Part shown: piece after piece, positions 1 through 10,884 of the stretch | Position numbering within the stretch: position 1 is the stretch's first letter | How the letters are laid out: the number at the start of each line of letters is the position of its first letter | Origin: Candidatus Melainabacteria bacterium | Lineage (GTDB): Bacteria > Cyanobacteriota > Vampirovibrionia > Vampirovibrionales > Vampirovibrionaceae | Reading direction: 5' to 3' | DNA: 64,000 bases | Assembly (NCBI GenBank): GCA_050247195.1 | Contig: JBFWUP010000001.1 | Span: forward strand, 853,725 to 917,724 | Position numbers and translations under genes: made by a program | The notes under the pieces: model-generated | Seen by the model: only the letters and a program-made list of their open reading frames with translations | Databases searched by the model: none | What the model was told of the DNA's origin: nothing

Positions 1-1022
1 CGGCGCCCAATATTGCGCCCGGAGATGCAACTGCTGACACCGCCGCTCTCAGCAACGCCCCGCCGGCTCAGGTGGCGATGGATCCGCCGGCAGGCGGACG
101 AACGGTTCCCTCTTACATGATGCCGCTGACCGATGATCCGCAGGTCAAGCCTCGGACGCCGGCCATGCCGGTGAAAGCGCCAGACAGTGAAACAGGGTTG
201 GATAAAACCACACCGGTGGGTGATCCGGCGGCCTGGACATCGCCGCCCCCAACCGGGCTGGACATGGTGCTGACGGCGACCAGGCTGAAACCCTCAACCC
301 TGGAACGTGGCGCGTTCTTTATCGATCCGGTCAATGCGGAAGCCCGCCAGTTTCTGCTGAAGCTGATTGATGAAATGGCGACACGCTATGACATTGATGG
401 CATGCAACTCGATTACATCCGCTATCCCGCCAGCTTTCCGCCGGACCGCTACAGTTACCATGCAACCACCTGGGGTTACACGCCCACAGCCCGCCTGGAT
501 TTCTACAAGGAGTACGGCGTGGATCCGGTAACGCTGAATGAAAAGCAGAACCCGCTGCTGTGGCAGACCTGGGAAAATTACAAAGCGAGTTTTGTCAGTG
601 GGTTTGTGCGCGATGTGCACACCGTGCTGCAGGAAAAAGAGCAACAGAACGGCCGTAAAATTCTTCTGTCGGCGGTTGTTTTTCCCAAAGCGGAAGTGGC
701 CCGCCAGACCAAACACCAGGACTGGAAAACCTGGCTGGATAACCAGTGGCTTGATTTCCTGGCGCCCATTACGCTGACCAGTTCCATCAGCATTATTAAA
801 AGCGATACGGAAGCCTCTGTGAAAGCCGGTGGGGATACCACACCGGTCGCAACCGGCGTTTTCGGGCCATTCAACAACAACTCGGCGGAAGACCTGCTCG
901 CCCAGATAGAGGCGGCCCGTCAGGGCGGCGCCGCCGGGTTTGCCATTTTTGATACGGCCCACCTGTCAGGCCGCATGGCTGAAGCGCTGCAGGCCTCCGA
1001 GGCGCCACGGGTGAAGCCGTAA
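1..1022 (+). CDS. Glycoside-hydrolase-like family 10 (GHL10/DUF4015) TIM-barrel protein; 5' end truncated by window edge
   Basis: Frame is open from nt 3 to the TAA at 1020-1022 with no upstream stop. Motif ...IDGMQLDYIRYP... with conserved aromatic residues is typical of GHL10 proteins (established family knowledge). Confidence 0.5.
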   Translation, partial: APNIAPGDATADTAALSNAPPAQVAMDPPAGGRTVPSYMMPLTDDPQVKPRTPAMPVKAPDSETGLDKTTPVGDPAAWTSPPPTGLDMVLTATRLKPSTLERGAFFIDPVNAEARQFLLKLIDEMATRYDIDGMQLDYIRYPASFPPDRYSYHATTWGYTPTARLDFYKEYGVDPVTLNEKQNPLLWQTWENYKASFVSGFVRDVHTVLQEKEQQNGRKILLSAVVFPKAEVARQTKHQDWKTWLDNQWLDFLAPITLTSSISIIKSDTEASVKAGGDTTPVATGVFGPFNNNSAEDLLAQIEAARQGGAAGFAIFDTAHLSGRMAEALQASEAPRVKP

Positions 1023-1038
1023 GAACCCTGCACCCTCA

Positions 1039-1064
1039 GCCCCTCTCCCCACGGGGAGAGGGGC
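1039..1064. repeat. GC-rich palindromic hairpin GCCCCTCTCCCC / GGGGAGAGGGGC (REP-like element, copy 1)
   Basis: Perfect 12-nt inverted arms seen directly in sequence 17 nt after the stop of the upstream CDS; no U-tract follows. Confidence 0.6.
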
Positions 1065-1251
1065 CTAAGAACGACTTCGTGTAAACAAACATTTCAATTG
1101 GAGCGATGGTGACGGCCAACGCTTGAGTTGCGGGATCACCGCGCCTATAATACAGAGGGATGAAGCAACAGGCTGAGGAATCACTTGTTTGTTGCGTAGT
1201 TCCAAAGGCATTCAAAGGCGCAAACGATAGAGAGTGATTGAAGGGGATACG

Positions 1252-1560
1252 ATGAACGCCAGAAGTTATCAGATGGGGCGCTGGTATGACGCCTATCCAC
1301 AGCTGGCGTTTGCTATCAAGGTGCTGCAATGGTCGCCTGTCACGTTACAGCAGGAGGCCGTGGACGCCCTTGATGCGTTGTTTGTCACCACACTGGGTGT
1401 GGATGATGTTGCGGACAACCCGGACTTGCGGGGACTGCGCTGGTACGATCACACGGCCAATGGTTGGCGTGTGGCGATGCTACAGCATTTACCGGTGAGT
1501 CTGAAAAAGCAGGCCGCTGAAACTCTGATGCGAGTGCTCAATCAGTCCAGCGCAGCCTGA
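1252..1560 (+). CDS. Hypothetical protein (about 102 aa)
   Basis: ATG at 1252 is preceded by GAAGGGGAT (SD-like) 5 nt upstream. The ORF track's longer version starts at 1234. No recognisable domain. Confidence 0.4.
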   Translation: MNARSYQMGRWYDAYPQLAFAIKVLQWSPVTLQQEAVDALDALFVTTLGVDDVADNPDLRGLRWYDHTANGWRVAMLQHLPVSLKKQAAETLMRVLNQSSAA

Positions 1561-1585
1561 ATTCTGGTTTGAATTGAAACGCCAT

Positions 1586-1611
1586 GCATTATGTAAAAAT
1601 TTATACATAAT
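1586..1611. other. 26-bp AT-only near-perfect palindrome CATTATGTAAAAATTTATACATAATG inside an AT-rich island (about 1561-1700)
   Basis: Reverse complement differs at only one symmetric base pair. It lies between convergent 3' ends (hypothetical 1252-1560 and lysS). Confidence 0.5.
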
Positions 1612-1842
1612 GTAGTAATTTCACGTGACAAACCTTCCGATCGTGACGGACAATACTGTCCAAACTCTAACTCTCTATCCTTTGTGCCTTTCGCCTTTGT
1701 GCGAGGCATTTTTTTTGGGAATTTTTTCAGCTCTCACGAACCGGTCATTGCGAAGAATTCCGAAGGGACGACGCGGCGAACGCATGGCCTTTAACCCCGA
1801 GATGGCCACGTCCTCTGCGAGGTTTGGCAATGACGGGAGAAC

Positions 1843-3375
1843 TTATCCCCGGGGTTTCAGCGTGGGAAAGGCGATGACATCGCGGATGTTCGTGGCGTTG
1901 GTCAGCAGCATCACCAGCCGGTCGATGCCCACCCCCAGACCGCCAGCCGGCGGCATGCCGTATTCCAGCGCCGTCACATAATCTTCATCCATGCCGTGCG
2001 CTTCCTCGTCGCCGCCATCACGCTGCGCCAGCTGATCCTCGAAACGCTGCCGCTGATCGATCGGGTCGCTGAGCTCCGAGAAGGCGTTGGCCACCTCCCA
2101 GCCGTTAATGCGGGTTTCAAATCGTTCCACCAGGCGCGGGTCATCCCGGTGCGCCTTGGCCAGGGGGGAAATTTCACGCGGGTAATCCGTAATATGGATG
2201 GGCTGAATCAGTGTGTCTTCAATTTTGACTTCAAACACCTGCTCCAATACCGAGCCCCAGCGTTCGCTGTCATCCACTTTCACGCCCAGCGCGCGGGCGG
2301 CATGACGCGCATCCTCATCGGTGGTGATGGTCAAAAAGTCCACGCCGGTGGCTTCCAGCACGGCCTGATTCATCGATTTTCTGGGCCAGGGTGGGGTGAG
2401 ATCCAGCGTGTGTTCCCCGTAAGCGACTTTGGTGGTGCCCAGTACAGCCTTGGCCACGGTGGCCACCATCGTTTCAAACAGGGTCATCATGTCGTTGTAA
2501 TCCGCGTAGGCCTGGTAGGCTTCCAGCATGGTGAATTCCGGGTTGTGCCGCGGCGAGATGCCTTCATTGCGGAAGTTGCGGTTCAGTTCAAACACTTTTT
2601 CCGAGAGACCGCCCACAATCAGGCGCTTCAGATACAGCTCCGGCGCAATGCGGAGCACCATATCCATATCCAGGGTGTTGTGGTGGGTGTGGAAGGGTTT
2701 GGCGGCCGCCCCGCTGGCCATGGGTTGCAGCATGGGGGTTTCCACTTCCAGAAAGCCCTGGTTGAGGAAAAACTTGCGGATTTCCGAGATGATCAGACTG
2801 CGACGCACCAGCGTTTCGCGGCTGTCCGTGTTCATAATCAGATCGAGATAACGCTGGCGGTAGCGCGTTTCCACGTCGGTCAGGCCATGGAATTTTTCCG
2901 GCAGCGGGAGCAGGGATTTGCCGAGCAGTTCAAAATGGCTTACCTTCACGCTGAGTTCCCCGCGCGGGGTGCGGCGCGGGGTGCCGGTGGCGCCGATGAA
3001 ATCGCCGATATCCAGCAGTTTCAGCTGCGCCATCAGCTCGGGGCTGAGGTGTTCCTTGTGGCAGAACAGCTGCACCTTGCCGGTGGGGTCCTGCAGGTCA
3101 ATAAACAACCCGCTGTTGCGGATGGCCATAATCCGCCCGGCGGCGCTCACCACATCATCGGACTCCTCGCCGGGCTGCAGGGGATCGTAGTCAATCTGCA
3201 GCCGGCCGTTGCTGTGGGTTTTTTCAAATCGGTAGGGGTAGGGGTTCACGCCCTGGGTCACCCAGGTGTTCAGGGTGTTCAGTCGATCCTGGCGGATGCG
3301 CGAGTGATCGGCGTGGGCGTCGGTGGCGGGGGTGTCGGCGTTGGTCATATCGGCAGGCGTCGTTGCGGCAGTCAT
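1843..3375 (-). CDS. lysS: Lysine--tRNA ligase, class II
   Basis: 510-aa ORF with N-terminal OB-fold anticodon-binding region and class II motifs (...[14 protein letters not shown]...), closely matching LysS. Confidence 0.9.
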   Translation of the reverse strand: MTAATTPADMTNADTPATDAHADHSRIRQDRLNTLNTWVTQGVNPYPYRFEKTHSNGRLQIDYDPLQPGEESDDVVSAAGRIMAIRNSGLFIDLQDPTGKVQLFCHKEHLSPELMAQLKLLDIGDFIGATGTPRRTPRGELSVKVSHFELLGKSLLPLPEKFHGLTDVETRYRQRYLDLIMNTDSRETLVRRSLIISEIRKFFLNQGFLEVETPMLQPMASGAAAKPFHTHHNTLDMDMVLRIAPELYLKRLIVGGLSEKVFELNRNFRNEGISPRHNPEFTMLEAYQAYADYNDMMTLFETMVATVAKAVLGTTKVAYGEHTLDLTPPWPRKSMNQAVLEATGVDFLTITTDEDARHAARALGVKVDDSERWGSVLEQVFEVKIEDTLIQPIHITDYPREISPLAKAHRDDPRLVERFETRINGWEVANAFSELSDPIDQRQRFEDQLAQRDGGDEEAHGMDEDYVTALEYGMPPAGGLGVGIDRLVMLLTNATNIRDVIAFPTLKPRG

Positions 3376-3457
3376 CGGGCTTTCTTTGGCGGGTTGGGGG
3401 TGGGGCGTTGTTTCGCCAATGTAACATAAGACCGGTTCCGGGGGTAGTTTGTCGGGG

Positions 3458-3507
3458 CGTCCGGGCCGTCAATCCACTGTTTGGGCGTTTAAAACTAGGC
3501 CCGGACG
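3458..3507. other. 10-bp perfect inverted repeat CGTCCGGGCC...GGCCCGGACG with 30-nt spacer in the lysS 5' region
   Basis: Seen directly in sequence. Could be a leader stem-loop or operator. No T-box or tRNA features found. Confidence 0.4.
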
Positions 3508-3625
3508 GGTATCATACGAATAGCATCCATGGAAGTCGTCGGTCCGGTGGTCTTTGGTGTGTTGTGGGGTTCAGCCGGCTTGGCATGGTTGTATTGGGGG
3601 AACAAATGAAGATTGGAGCCAGGCA

Positions 3626-4857
<1,232 letters not shown>

Positions 4858-4888
4858 TCACAGTCGTTGCCTGAGCGGCAGGCCTGTT

Positions 4889-6469
4889 TCAGCGGGCGGT
4901 CTGCTGCAGCTGGAGTCTGATTTCGCGGATCTGCTGGACGAGAACCGGGTGGTTGTCCAGCAGGGCTTTGAGTTTCTCGTAGGCGTACAGAATGGTGGTG
5001 TGTTTGCGCCCGCCCAGAAGTTCCCCGATCTTGGGAAAGCTCGCTTCGGTGAGTTCACGCACCAAGTAAATGGCCACCTGTCGCGCGTGAGAGACATCCT
5101 TGCTGCGCAGCTGGCTTTTGAGGTCCGAGGCCTGCAGGTGGTAATAGCGGGCCACGGTCTCCACAATGGTTTCCTTGCTCAGCCGGGCCGGGTCCACCGT
5201 GGCGCCCAGCAGGTTTTTGGTGGTGGCCACATCCATGGGGGACTTGGTCAGCAGTGCGTAAGCCACCACTTTGTTCAGGGCGCCTTCCAGCTCGCGGATG
5301 TTCTGCGGACGCAGTTCAGCGACGGTGGCCATCACGTCACCGGGAATATGCACGGCGCCGTGCGGGCCGTCGGCCGGGTAATCGCGCGCGGCCTTGCGCT
5401 GCAGAATGGCCATGCGGGTTTCAAAATCCGGCGGCTGAATGTCGGCGATCAGCCCCCACTCAAAGCGGCTGCGCAGCCGGTCTTCCAGCCGTGAGAGGTG
5501 ACTGGGCGGCCGGTCGCTGGAGAGGATGATTTGTTTGCCGGCCCCGTGCAGGGTGTTGAAGGTGTGGAAGACTTCCTCCTGCGTGCGGGTTTTGCCTTCC
5601 AGAAACTGCACGTCATCAATAATGAGCACATCAATGTGGCGGTATCGGTTCTGGAAGGCCGTCATGCCCTGTTTGGCGCCGAGGGTGTGAATCAGGTCAT
5701 TGGTGAACTGTTCGGCCGTCACATAGCGCACCACGAGATCCGGATGGTGCTGCAGCACAAAATGCCCGATGGCCTGAATGAGGTGGGTTTTACCCAGCCC
5801 CACGCCGCCATGGATAAAAAACGGGTTGTACTGGCAGGCGGGGCTTTCGGCCACGGCCATGGCGGCGGCAAAACAGAACCGGCTCTGTTCGCCCACCACA
5901 AAGTGATCAAACGTGTAGCGCGGGTTGAGGTTACCCGCGTTGCTGCGCGGTGTCCAGGGGCGCCAGGGCAGTTCCGCCGGTTGTGTGCCGGCCAGCGGCT
6001 GGTTCGCGCCGGAGGAGGGTGCGGCGACCGCCGGACGGGCGACAGGCGAGCGTTCTTGTGTGGCGGCTTCCGGCTGAGGCGCCGGGTCTCCGACAGTCAC
6101 CGTGATCGTCAGGGGGCGACCGGTCACGCCGGGCGCCACGTTCTCCAGCGCGGGTTTGTAATGCTTCATCACCCAGTCGCGATGAAACGCGCTGGGGGCT
6201 GTGATTTCCAGCTGATCGCCAGAAAGGCCGGTGGCTCTCAGCGGGGCCAGCCAGGTTTCATAGCCCGGTCCGCCAATATCCGGCTTCAGGGTGTCACGCA
6301 GCTGGCGCCACAGCGCGTCCCATTCCGCCGGCGCTGCGCCGGCAGCGGGCTGTCTTGAGCGGCCGGCCAGCGTCCCGCTCAGGCTGTGCGCCATTGGTTT
6401 GCGTTCGCCCTCGGCACCGGATTCAGTCAGGGGGGAACCAGCCAGTGGGAGCGAGGTGGGCACAATCAC
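4889..6469 (-). CDS. dnaA: Chromosomal replication initiator DnaA
   Basis: AAA+ Walker A GVGLGKTHL, DnaA domain I-like N-terminus and C-terminal DNA-binding domain (...VAIYLVRELT...). The track start is a GTG at 6469; an alternative ATG is at 6394. Confidence 0.9.
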   Translation of the reverse strand: MIVPTSLPLAGSPLTESGAEGERKPMAHSLSGTLAGRSRQPAAGAAPAEWDALWRQLRDTLKPDIGGPGYETWLAPLRATGLSGDQLEITAPSAFHRDWVMKHYKPALENVAPGVTGRPLTITVTVGDPAPQPEAATQERSPVARPAVAAPSSGANQPLAGTQPAELPWRPWTPRSNAGNLNPRYTFDHFVVGEQSRFCFAAAMAVAESPACQYNPFFIHGGVGLGKTHLIQAIGHFVLQHHPDLVVRYVTAEQFTNDLIHTLGAKQGMTAFQNRYRHIDVLIIDDVQFLEGKTRTQEEVFHTFNTLHGAGKQIILSSDRPPSHLSRLEDRLRSRFEWGLIADIQPPDFETRMAILQRKAARDYPADGPHGAVHIPGDVMATVAELRPQNIRELEGALNKVVAYALLTKSPMDVATTKNLLGATVDPARLSKETIVETVARYYHLQASDLKSQLRSKDVSHARQVAIYLVRELTEASFPKIGELLGGRKHTTILYAYEKLKALLDNHPVLVQQIREIRLQLQQTAR

Positions 6470-6917
6470 AATCCGTTCAGCATCAGGACATCACAGCAGA
6501 GCTCACCGGGACACCGGGGATGTCTAACCACATCTCAGGCACACGGATCCGGTCTAACTCTCAAACCACCGTATCGGCGGCTTTTCCCCTCCGAAACGGG
6601 ATATTTAATTTAGCATAAGCCGCCAGCGGATCGATCGGCGCGTAACCACACTTTTACATTCAGAATACATTCCGGTTCTATTCTGTCTGCATTTCGCCAT
6701 AAGACCGGCCAGGCTCTGATTTCAGCGCTTAAAACGGCCCTGCTGACGCCGCAGAAAGGCGGAAGAGAACCGGTGTTTTGCCAAAGACTGTGTCTGTGGT
6801 AAAACATTGCTTCCGGCCCGTTAACAGGTGCCGGGTGGTCTTACTGAAGGCGGCATTTCCCGCCTGCCTCACCGGATCGCCTGCGATCCCCTCCCCTCAA
6901 CCTCTGGAGATTGAACG
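6470..6917. promoter_or_regulatory. dnaA/rpmH divergent intergenic region; candidate oriC and divergent promoters
   Basis: Conserved dnaA<->rpmH synteny (established). Moderately AT-rich. Contains three TWACCACA-like motifs (6524, 6643, and reverse complement at 6793), each matching only 7 of 9 positions of the TTATCCACA DnaA box. No perfect box. Confidence 0.4.
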
Positions 6918-7052
6918 ATGAAACGTACACTGGAAGGCACTCAGCGTAAACGTCGCCGGGTCAGTGGTTTCCGTACCCGCATGCAGACAGCTGCCGGTCG
7001 CCGCGTGCTCAGCCGCCGTCGCGCCAAGGGTCGGCACAAAATAGCCCTGTAA
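6918..7052 (+). CDS. rpmH: 50S ribosomal protein L34
   Basis: 44-aa [47 protein letters not shown]. It is below the ORF-track size cut-off and was found by reading the sequence. The GAGATTGAACG region is upstream. Confidence 0.85.
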   Translation: MKRTLEGTQRKRRRVSGFRTRMQTAAGRRVLSRRRAKGRHKIAL

Positions 7053-7063
7053 GCTGTTGGCCG

Positions 7064-7477
7064 TTGGCCATGCTTGCCAAGCCCAACCGTCTGAAATCCC
7101 CCCGCCTCTTTGAGCGTTTGCTGCGTGGTGGCCGTCAGACGGCCGATCGGGGGGCTGTGGTTTGCCTGGGGAAAAACAACCTTTTTGTGGTTTACGCCCT
7201 GCGGCATGACCCGCAGTTTACCGGCGTGCTGGCGCCCACGCAGTTCGGGCTGATTGTGAGCAAAAAGATTGATAAGCGCGCCGTGGTGCGCAACCGCATC
7301 AAGCGCCGCCTGCGGGATCTGATCCGCAGACAGGTGCTGCCGCTCCTGGCCCGGCAGGCCAGCCTGCCTTTCCGGGCCGTGGTGATTATTGCCCGCGACG
7401 GCCTGAAGGACGCGCCTTTCCGTCTGATTGACGAACGGCTGTCGGCCTGTTTTCAACCGCCGCAGGGGGCGTCATGA
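7064..7477 (+). CDS. rnpA: Ribonuclease P protein component
   Basis: Small basic protein with ...[11 protein letters not shown]... RnpA signature, immediately downstream of rpmH (conserved operon). Confidence 0.8.
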   Translation: MAMLAKPNRLKSPRLFERLLRGGRQTADRGAVVCLGKNNLFVVYALRHDPQFTGVLAPTQFGLIVSKKIDKRAVVRNRIKRRLRDLIRRQVLPLLARQASLPFRAVVIIARDGLKDAPFRLIDERLSACFQPPQGAS

Positions 7478-7779
7478 CACACCTGAACGCCATGCTGCAG
7501 GCATTGCTGCTGGTGGCGGTGCGCGCCTACCGGGCGCTGCGTCGTTACACCCGCTGGCTGGCGCCGGGCACGTGCCGGTTTCACCCCAGCTGTTCGCGTT
7601 ATGCCCTGGAGGCCATTACCGCTTACGGCGCCTGGCGCGGCGGCTGGCTGACCCTGAAGCGGATTGCCCGGTGTCATCCGTATCATCCGGGTGGCGTGGA
7701 TCCGCTACCCCCGCCTGAAACACCCGTCCGGCCCGCGTTTCATCGCCGGCCTTTTATTGCCGGTGTGCGCGGTTTATGA
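7474..7779 (+). CDS. yidD: Membrane protein insertion efficiency factor YidD
   Basis: Motif [15 protein letters not shown] typical of YidD. Overlaps the rnpA stop by 4 nt. Located upstream of yidC. Confidence 0.8.
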   Translation: MTHLNAMLQALLLVAVRAYRALRRYTRWLAPGTCRFHPSCSRYALEAITAYGAWRGGWLTLKRIARCHPYHPGGVDPLPPPETPVRPAFHRRPFIAGVRGL

Positions 7780-7829
7780 TGGGCGGAGACTTTTTCCGTT
7801 TTTTGGTTCTCATATGGAGCGCATGACCT

Positions 7830-8918
7830 GTGGATTTAATTAATAACGCGATCTTTTTTCTGATCAACGCCATCCATGATGTGGTGGGCAGTTACGGCTG
7901 GTCCGTTGTTATCATTACGGTGCTGATCCGCGTGCTGCTGTGGCCCACCAATACGGCCCAGACCAAATCCATGCGCAAAATGCAGGAACTGCAGCCCAAG
8001 CTGAAAGAACTTCAGGCCCGCCACAAGGACAACCCGCAGAAACTGCAGGAAGCCATGATGAAGTTCTATGCCGAAAACAAATTCAACCCCATGGCCGGCT
8101 GCCTGCCCATGATCATCCAGCTGCCGATTTTTATCGGTCTGTTCGGCGCGCTCAACAGCCCGCAGTTTCTGGCCGAATCCGTTCACGAAAACTTCTTTTT
8201 TGTGGATAAGCTCTACAACACCCTGCACAGCCATGCCGGCGAGCCGCTGGATGGTCAGTTCAGCGTGGAGGACAAGGACACCTTTATGACCGGCAAAACC
8301 GCCACGCTGGTGATGAAGGATGGCCAGACCCGCGAGATGCCGGTCAAGGATATCCACAAAATCATTACCATCTCGCCCAAACCCCTTTTCCCCGGCAGTC
8401 CCATGCAGGTCACCCTCAATCTGGATCAGCTGGGGATTGAAGATGTGGGCTATTATGCCGACCGGCTGGCCTCAGCCAAAACCTATCTCATCAACAACCA
8501 GACCCGCGAGCTGGAGGACGTAACCTTTGAAAACACAAAGGGCAAACTGGTCGCCACCCTGAAAACCCTGCCCGGCCAGACCCGCTGGCACTGGGACGTC
8601 CTGGTGCTGATTGGGTTGTACGCCATTATGACCCTGCTGTACCAGCGGGTGATGAACCCGGCCAAACCCGCCGCCGCCGCCGCTCCGGCTGGCGATGATC
8701 AGGCGGCCATGCAGCAGAAAATGATGAAGATGATGCCCCTGATGTTTGTGGTGATTCTGTTCTTCATCCCCATTCCCGCCGGTGTGATGATCTACCTGGT
8801 GGTCACCACGGCCCTGATGTTCATTCAGACGGCCTGGGTGAACTGGTCTGAACAGAAGGCCGCTGCGGACACGGTTCCCACGCCCTCGCGACAGATTGTG
8901 GATGTGAAGGCGGATTAA
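7830..8918 (+). CDS. yidC: Membrane protein insertase YidC (short, Oxa1-like form)
   Basis: 362 aa with several transmembrane segments and the conserved ...PMIIQLPIFIGLF... core. Follows rnpA-yidD. Confidence 0.85.
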   Translation: MDLINNAIFFLINAIHDVVGSYGWSVVIITVLIRVLLWPTNTAQTKSMRKMQELQPKLKELQARHKDNPQKLQEAMMKFYAENKFNPMAGCLPMIIQLPIFIGLFGALNSPQFLAESVHENFFFVDKLYNTLHSHAGEPLDGQFSVEDKDTFMTGKTATLVMKDGQTREMPVKDIHKIITISPKPLFPGSPMQVTLNLDQLGIEDVGYYADRLASAKTYLINNQTRELEDVTFENTKGKLVATLKTLPGQTRWHWDVLVLIGLYAIMTLLYQRVMNPAKPAAAAAPAGDDQAAMQQKMMKMMPLMFVVILFFIPIPAGVMIYLVVTTALMFIQTAWVNWSEQKAAADTVPTPSRQIVDVKAD

Positions 8919-8987
8919 TCCGTTAAAGCGCGCACCATTTTACCGGGTTTGGGTTTTCTGTGCTCAGCAGACCGTAAAGGAACGGAA

Positions 8988-9530
8988 ATGACCCGGATTG
9001 CTCCCATGCATCCTGTGCCGCCAGTGCACCCAGATCCCCGGCAGCCAGCCTTTGGCGGCCGGCCACAGGGTCCGGCCATACTGGACGCCAATGAAAAACC
9101 CATCCGTTTTCACCGCCTGACCCCCGAGGAACAGCAACTGGCGCTGACCTATGCCGAAGCGGCGGGTGACGGCGTGATTATGTCCCTGGTCCGTCAGATG
9201 AAGCCTCCGGAAAAAGTCGCTTATCTGCATACCAAACCCTGGCAGGAGCATTCCAGGACGGTTCTGGACGCCATACTGCCCCTGATGACCCCCCGGCAGC
9301 GCGATGAGTACCTGCACGGCAAGCGTCTGCAGGATGCTTTTGCCCGGTTCACCGGCCCGATGGTCCGCCTGGCGGACATGCTTGATACGCGGGTCTGGCG
9401 GGCGCGTCTCCGGCATCATGTGGCTCTGAAAAGCCAGGAGAAAAACATTCTGCCCTATCAACAGGTTGAGGAACTGGCCGATGGCATCCGGCAGGCCTCC
9501 GATGCCTGGTTTATGCTTAAGAGCAGCTAG
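8988..9530 (+). CDS. Hypothetical protein occupying the position usually held by jag/khpB
   Basis: ORF 8949-9530 in the track; ATG at 8988 gives MTRIAPMHP... No KH or R3H motifs seen. Confidence 0.4.
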   Translation: MTRIAPMHPVPPVHPDPRQPAFGGRPQGPAILDANEKPIRFHRLTPEEQQLALTYAEAAGDGVIMSLVRQMKPPEKVAYLHTKPWQEHSRTVLDAILPLMTPRQRDEYLHGKRLQDAFARFTGPMVRLADMLDTRVWRARLRHHVALKSQEKNILPYQQVEELADGIRQASDAWFMLKSS

Positions 9531-9531
9531 A

Positions 9532-10884
9532 TTAGTCCGCCCGGCGGGTCAGTACCGCCAGGTAAAACCCGTCTCCGTGGGCGCTGAGCGGCAGGCCCGA
9601 TTCCCGGTTCAGACTGAACTGCGGGTGGGCCGCAAGGTACCGGTCAATGAGTTCCTCATTTTCTGCCGGGTGAACGCTGCAGGTGCTGTATACCAGCGTC
9701 CCACCCTCTCGGACCAGGCTTCCCGCCGTTTGCAGCAGTTCCCATTGTTTGGCGGTGAAAGCCGGCATGGCCGCCGGTGAGCACTGAAGCAGAATCTCGG
9801 GATGCTGACGCACTGTTCCCAGTCCAGAGCATGGGGCATCCACCAGGACGGCGTCAAACCCGCCCTCCGGCAGATCGGTGGCTGTGGCGGCATAGTCCGC
9901 CAGGGACTGCCCGTGAATGGTGACGCCCTGGGCGCCCAGCCGGCTGCAGTTTTCCTGAAGTTGTCCGGCGCGCTCAGGCATGGGCTCAAGCGCTGTAATA
10001 CGGGCCTGGTTGGCGCTGAGGGCCGCCATATGGGTGGTTTTGGAGCCCGGGGCGGCGCAGGCGTCCAGAATACGCATGCCGGCCCGGGGGGCCACGGCAT
10101 AGGCCACCGCGGCCGAATGGGGATCCTGGAGATAGATCTGGCCTTCGGCAAAGCCGGGCAGTGTGGCCGGGTTGCCCTGCCAGCCGGGCAGAACCAGCAG
10201 TTCCGGGTGGTCACTGGCCAGGGGCAGCCAGGCAATGTCCGCGGCTTCCAGTGTTTGCTGGTAGGCCTGTGGCGTTACCTGGAGGGTATTGACGCGTAGG
10301 GTGAGCGCTTTGGGGGTCTGGATGCGGGCGATGAGATCGACTTCCGGCGTGCCGGGCTGCCGGGAGGCCAGTAAGTCCAGAAACCACCGGGGAATGCCCT
10401 GTACCTGCTGATCGGAGGCCCGGGGCAGGTCACCCGCATCTCGCCGCCGCTGAATGCCGCGCAGCATGCCGTTGAGAAAGCCGATGGCCCGGGTGGGGGT
10501 TTTCAGCGCGCGCGCCAGACGGATGGTTTCGTCAATGGCGGCATAGTCCGGGACCTGATCCATGGCGCTCAGCTGAACCATGCCCAGCCGCAGGAGGCTG
10601 CGGCTGAGGGGTGGAATATCCTTCAGCCGCCGGGCGCCGCTTTGCAGCAGCATCCATTCATTGTGCATCGGCCAGTGTCGCAGGGCGGTCATCATAAGCT
10701 GCCGGGCCAGGGCCCGGTCTGCACCGGACAGTTCGGGTCTGCAGCGGCCCAGCTGTTCACCCAGCAGTTGATCGGCTTTGAGGCGCAACGGCTGGGGGCG
10801 GCTCAGATTCTGCTCAAAGGCGGAAAGCACGGCGAGACAGACGCCGCGCGCCGTGGGGGGAAACCGTTTGCTCGGCGTGCTCAT
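9532..10884 (-). CDS. rsmB: 16S rRNA (cytosine-C5)-methyltransferase RsmB/Sun
   Basis: NusB-like N-terminal domain plus SAM methyltransferase motifs (...LDACAAPGSKT...) and catalytic Cys motif TLVYSTCS. Last gene of the def-fmt-rsmB operon. Confidence 0.8.
   Translation of the reverse strand: MSTPSKRFPPTARGVCLAVLSAFEQNLSRPQPLRLKADQLLGEQLGRCRPELSGADRALARQLMMTALRHWPMHNEWMLLQSGARRLKDIPPLSRSLLRLGMVQLSAMDQVPDYAAIDETIRLARALKTPTRAIGFLNGMLRGIQRRRDAGDLPRASDQQVQGIPRWFLDLLASRQPGTPEVDLIARIQTPKALTLRVNTLQVTPQAYQQTLEAADIAWLPLASDHPELLVLPGWQGNPATLPGFAEGQIYLQDPHSAAVAYAVAPRAGMRILDACAAPGSKTTHMAALSANQARITALEPMPERAGQLQENCSRLGAQGVTIHGQSLADYAATATDLPEGGFDAVLVDAPCSGLGTVRQHPEILLQCSPAAMPAFTAKQWELLQTAGSLVREGGTLVYSTCSVHPAENEELIDRYLAAHPQFSLNRESGLPLSAHGDGFYLAVLTRRAD

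Noticed and set aside
1586-1611. dif (XerC/D) site
   Set aside because: Arms are 9 bp with an 8-bp centre rather than 11-6-11. The location is next to the dnaA region, not the terminus.
1996-3429. 477-aa plus-strand ORF antisense to lysS
   Set aside because: Antisense shadow of a well-supported gene. Gly/Val/His-rich low-complexity translation with no motifs.
3440-3520. RNase P RNA or tRNA because of the GTCCGGGCC motif
   Set aside because: Lacks the GGAAAGTCCGGGCTCC context, the T-loop GTTCGAATC and cloverleaf potential. Too short.
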